Part shown: positions 61,071 to 64,000 of the stretch, piece by piece
How the letters are laid out: every line of letters begins with the position of its first letter
Position numbering within the stretch: the stretch's first letter is position 1
NCBI GenBank assembly: GCA_965235115.1
Contig: OZ249438.1
Coordinates: 9,052,001 to 9,116,000, forward strand
Reading direction: 5' to 3'
DNA length: 64,000 nt
DNA from: Laetmonice hystrix
Lineage: Eukaryota
The notes under the pieces: generated by a model
What the model saw: only the letters and a program-made list of their open reading frames with translations
The model's database searches: none
What the model was told of the DNA's origin: nothing
Position numbers and translations under genes: made by a program

Positions 61071-64000
61071 AGCCGGCCGGCCGACATGTGGTCAGCACGC
61101 ACGTGGCCTGCTAGGGGCGCTCTGTGTGACGGTGGCTGGAGGGGGTGATAGTCCCTGTCACCAAGGTGGGGGAGGTACACCCACGGGCTGGACACTGTCA
61201 CTCACACCGTCACGGTCAGGGTGGGCAGCACCTGTCAGCCGGACACAGGTGAGATGTGACGTCCACGATCAGGGACCCATTGGTAACCACGGGTAGTAAA
61301 CACAGCGATATCCCAGACCCAGGGACAATAACGCGGACCCAGGAGAAATGGCTTGTGGATGATACTATATGTACCTTAGTGGTTGGCCAAAGATATATTA
61401 AGGAGACGTGTAAAGAGACATCCACAAACTTCATCAGGTTGCCCAGTCTGCCGGAGATGATTTCATTTGGGTCCTGCTCGAAGTATCGATATCGGTATCC
61501 GTATCGGATGTCTGTGTGCTGAAAGAGTGAAACCAGTGGGTGATCATGAGGGCTTTAATTGTCACTGTCACCATGACAACGGGACGGGTCCCTTTGTCTT
61601 GTGGGGGGGGGGGGGGCGGCATCAATTGGTGCTGCAATTACCGTAGCAACGGCACCTCTGATCTTTGGCATGCGCCGCCAGCCTTGACCCCAACAACCAC
61701 GGGGTCAGTCCTGAATTTTGGGGCATTGCCATTTTTGTTGTATTAAAACCGATTTATATACTGTTTATCTAATTAAATTAAATTAAATTAAAATTAAAAT
61801 TAAAAAAATAGAGGTTTGGATCTATCTTATGGTGAACGGTAATAACCTATACATTGAGAATACGGTTTTATGTATGTTTTTTGTATTCGGGATATATATA
61901 TAGTAGAGGGACTCTATCCATGTCGGTGTAGTATGCATGTTGTGTGTCAGTGATGACACGGTTGATTCCCACGGTAAAGAGCCAGGTTATGGACACCGAA
62001 GTCTCCACATGTTTTTCTAAGTGAATCCATTCAACATGTCAACAACGTGTCAGCCACCCCTCTCCCTTAACATGTTAAAACATGTTTAGCATGCAAACCC
62101 GCCGACGAAAAAAATAAGGTAAACGTTTAGCATGTCACGCATAACCCACAAAACATGTGATGATGGCATGGCCATCACGGGGACTTCCACATGGAAACTT
62201 ATATGAATGGACTAAGTTGAAACCTTACCCGTATTTTGAAGTTTGGTTAGGTGTGGGTGTGGAGTTTGGTGGCATAAATAGAGGCTCATGACTCATGGAT
62301 AGCCCTGTCAAATTATAATGCAGGTTATGCATTTTGGACGTCATTATCCTTTGATATTCATAGAAAGCTTTGTGTAGAGAGATCTGTTCAATTTATACAG
62401 TAATTTGATAGAAAATCGGGTCGTATCTTGGCTCTTTTTGACAGTGTTGAATCAGCTGATCGCGTGTGAAAACGGAATCAGGAACATTTAACGTGGCAGT
62501 TCTGTTATAGCAAATTTACAATGTTGATAAACGAGGGTAAAATCGTGTCGAAAACCTCAAAACCAGCATCCATTGATCCGATTTAAAGATTCGGCCCAAA
62601 TTACATAATATCGGACAAATGGGTCGGGAATAGTTGCTGTGGTGAAGGGTGGGTGGGTGGGTGGTTGGGGAGTCCGTTCTACTGGTGTTCATATTGATCG
62701 CTGACATATTTCAAACATGCTGTCATTGACCTTCTATTACTGGTTGGGGTTTTATGGCTGAGATCGAAGTTGATCCAAGCCATCGATATTCTAGGTATAA
62801 TCCATGGAGAGTTGTGACAAGCCAGTCACTGAGTGAAGGCCGGTCTGCAGCGCTATGGGGTCTGGGGGAAAGTAAATACTGGCACAAGGTACTCGTGAAT
62901 GAACTACTCTTGTGAATGGATAGGATGAGAAAATACTCAAGTGATAAAAAGGGAATAAAAAAGGCTAAAGTAGTGCAAATTACAGTTCAGGTCCTTAATT
63001 TTTTGATAAAAAGGGTGCCGTATGGAACTTTATTATGTGGTGTGAGATCAGTAGCAATGGATTCTACTTTGTACATTTGGGATCTTTATTGGGACAATAG
63101 AATTGGAGGAAAGGCGATCGTTCTCTGGGACTGCGTCCATCAGAATTAGGCGTGGTGAGTGACATGGAGGTTATAAGGTAATGGTCGCTGTCCTGCCATC
63201 TGTTACTGGATTATCCCATTGTCATCTGCCCTTGATTAAATTGTCTACTTGAGGGCCATTTGTCACTAGTGGACCGACCTTGGAAACGGAGCACCTTGTT
63301 GTCATGGCAACTCACAGCGGTCTCAGTTCATTTTCTTCCTTGTGAATTTGATATATATTGCTGAATTACGTGCTGATTGTTATGGAATGTTGCCTTTCAA
63401 CCTTTAATTGTAAACCTCTATTCAGAGCTCTGCAAAATTGTTAGTTTTCTGTTTATGGTTCTGTGAATTCTCCAGCACATCACATTCCACAGAATACGAG
63501 GGCTGCGTTAATTTAGGACACACAGGATGTTTACATATTACAGCAACCACTTTTTCGAACCAAGAAGACATAATGACTGCTGGGCAGTTAAAAGTTATAA
63601 ATGATGTCGATGACGTTAATTTTTGATGAATTTTCAGGCCAGGTCAGCTTGCCTTCCCACCGCCCGGAGGATGGATGTGGGGTGTCGGGTTTCATTACGG
63701 TTAGGCCTAGGATCAGGATCAGTTAATCTTTAGTGCACGGAATCTGTGACAATTACCCCACCTGGAAAGAGACCGGGTGCACTTACCAGGAATTAGTACG
63801 ACTGACTTTTAACTATCATTTGAACATTTGTCAGTAAGGACAAAGTTCTATGGTGTACATGTTGTACATCCAGTTGCACTGCAGGAAGGAATACAACTTT
63901 ATAGTGTGATGTACGCTCACTTGTTGTAGAAGTGGGTTTAACGAAGTTTGGAAGTTTAGCGGAAATCTATTAAGCGTGTATCGGAATATTACGTAGCCTA

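Overview
Eukaryotic, intron-rich genomic DNA from an invertebrate bilaterian, probably marine; the taxon cannot be fixed from this window. Three spliced protein-coding genes can be rebuilt from GT-AG boundaries and frame continuity. (1) The 3' half of an RGS7/RGS6/EGL-10 (R7-family) gene on +, nine exons at 2546-10104 (end of DHEX, GGL and RGS domains); its 5' exons lie before the window and its last exon is unresolved. (2) A complete four-exon Fuseless-family polytopic membrane protein gene on - (24212-21238, about 397 aa, four WRGxW motifs). (3) The 5' part of a large AKAP6/klarsicht-like spectrin-repeat gene on + (exons 28043-28220, 30169-30344, 53978-55192), head-to-head with fuseless and continuing past the window. 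Introns hold two TTAA-flanked Kolobok/T2-type MITEs (one a near-perfect 521-bp foldback), a 5-kb three-tier higher-order tandem array, a tRNA-derived SINE, and a 2,043-bp non-autonomous DNA transposon with perfect 52-bp CACTG TIRs, a 5-bp TSD and CACTA-like subterminal repeats (Transib/RAG-type end signature). The palindromes TAGGCCTA and TACATGTA are strongly over-represented. Most ORFs in the supplied track are spurious. No rRNA, tRNA or CRISPR was found. Family assignments rest on remembered protein sequences, not on searches.
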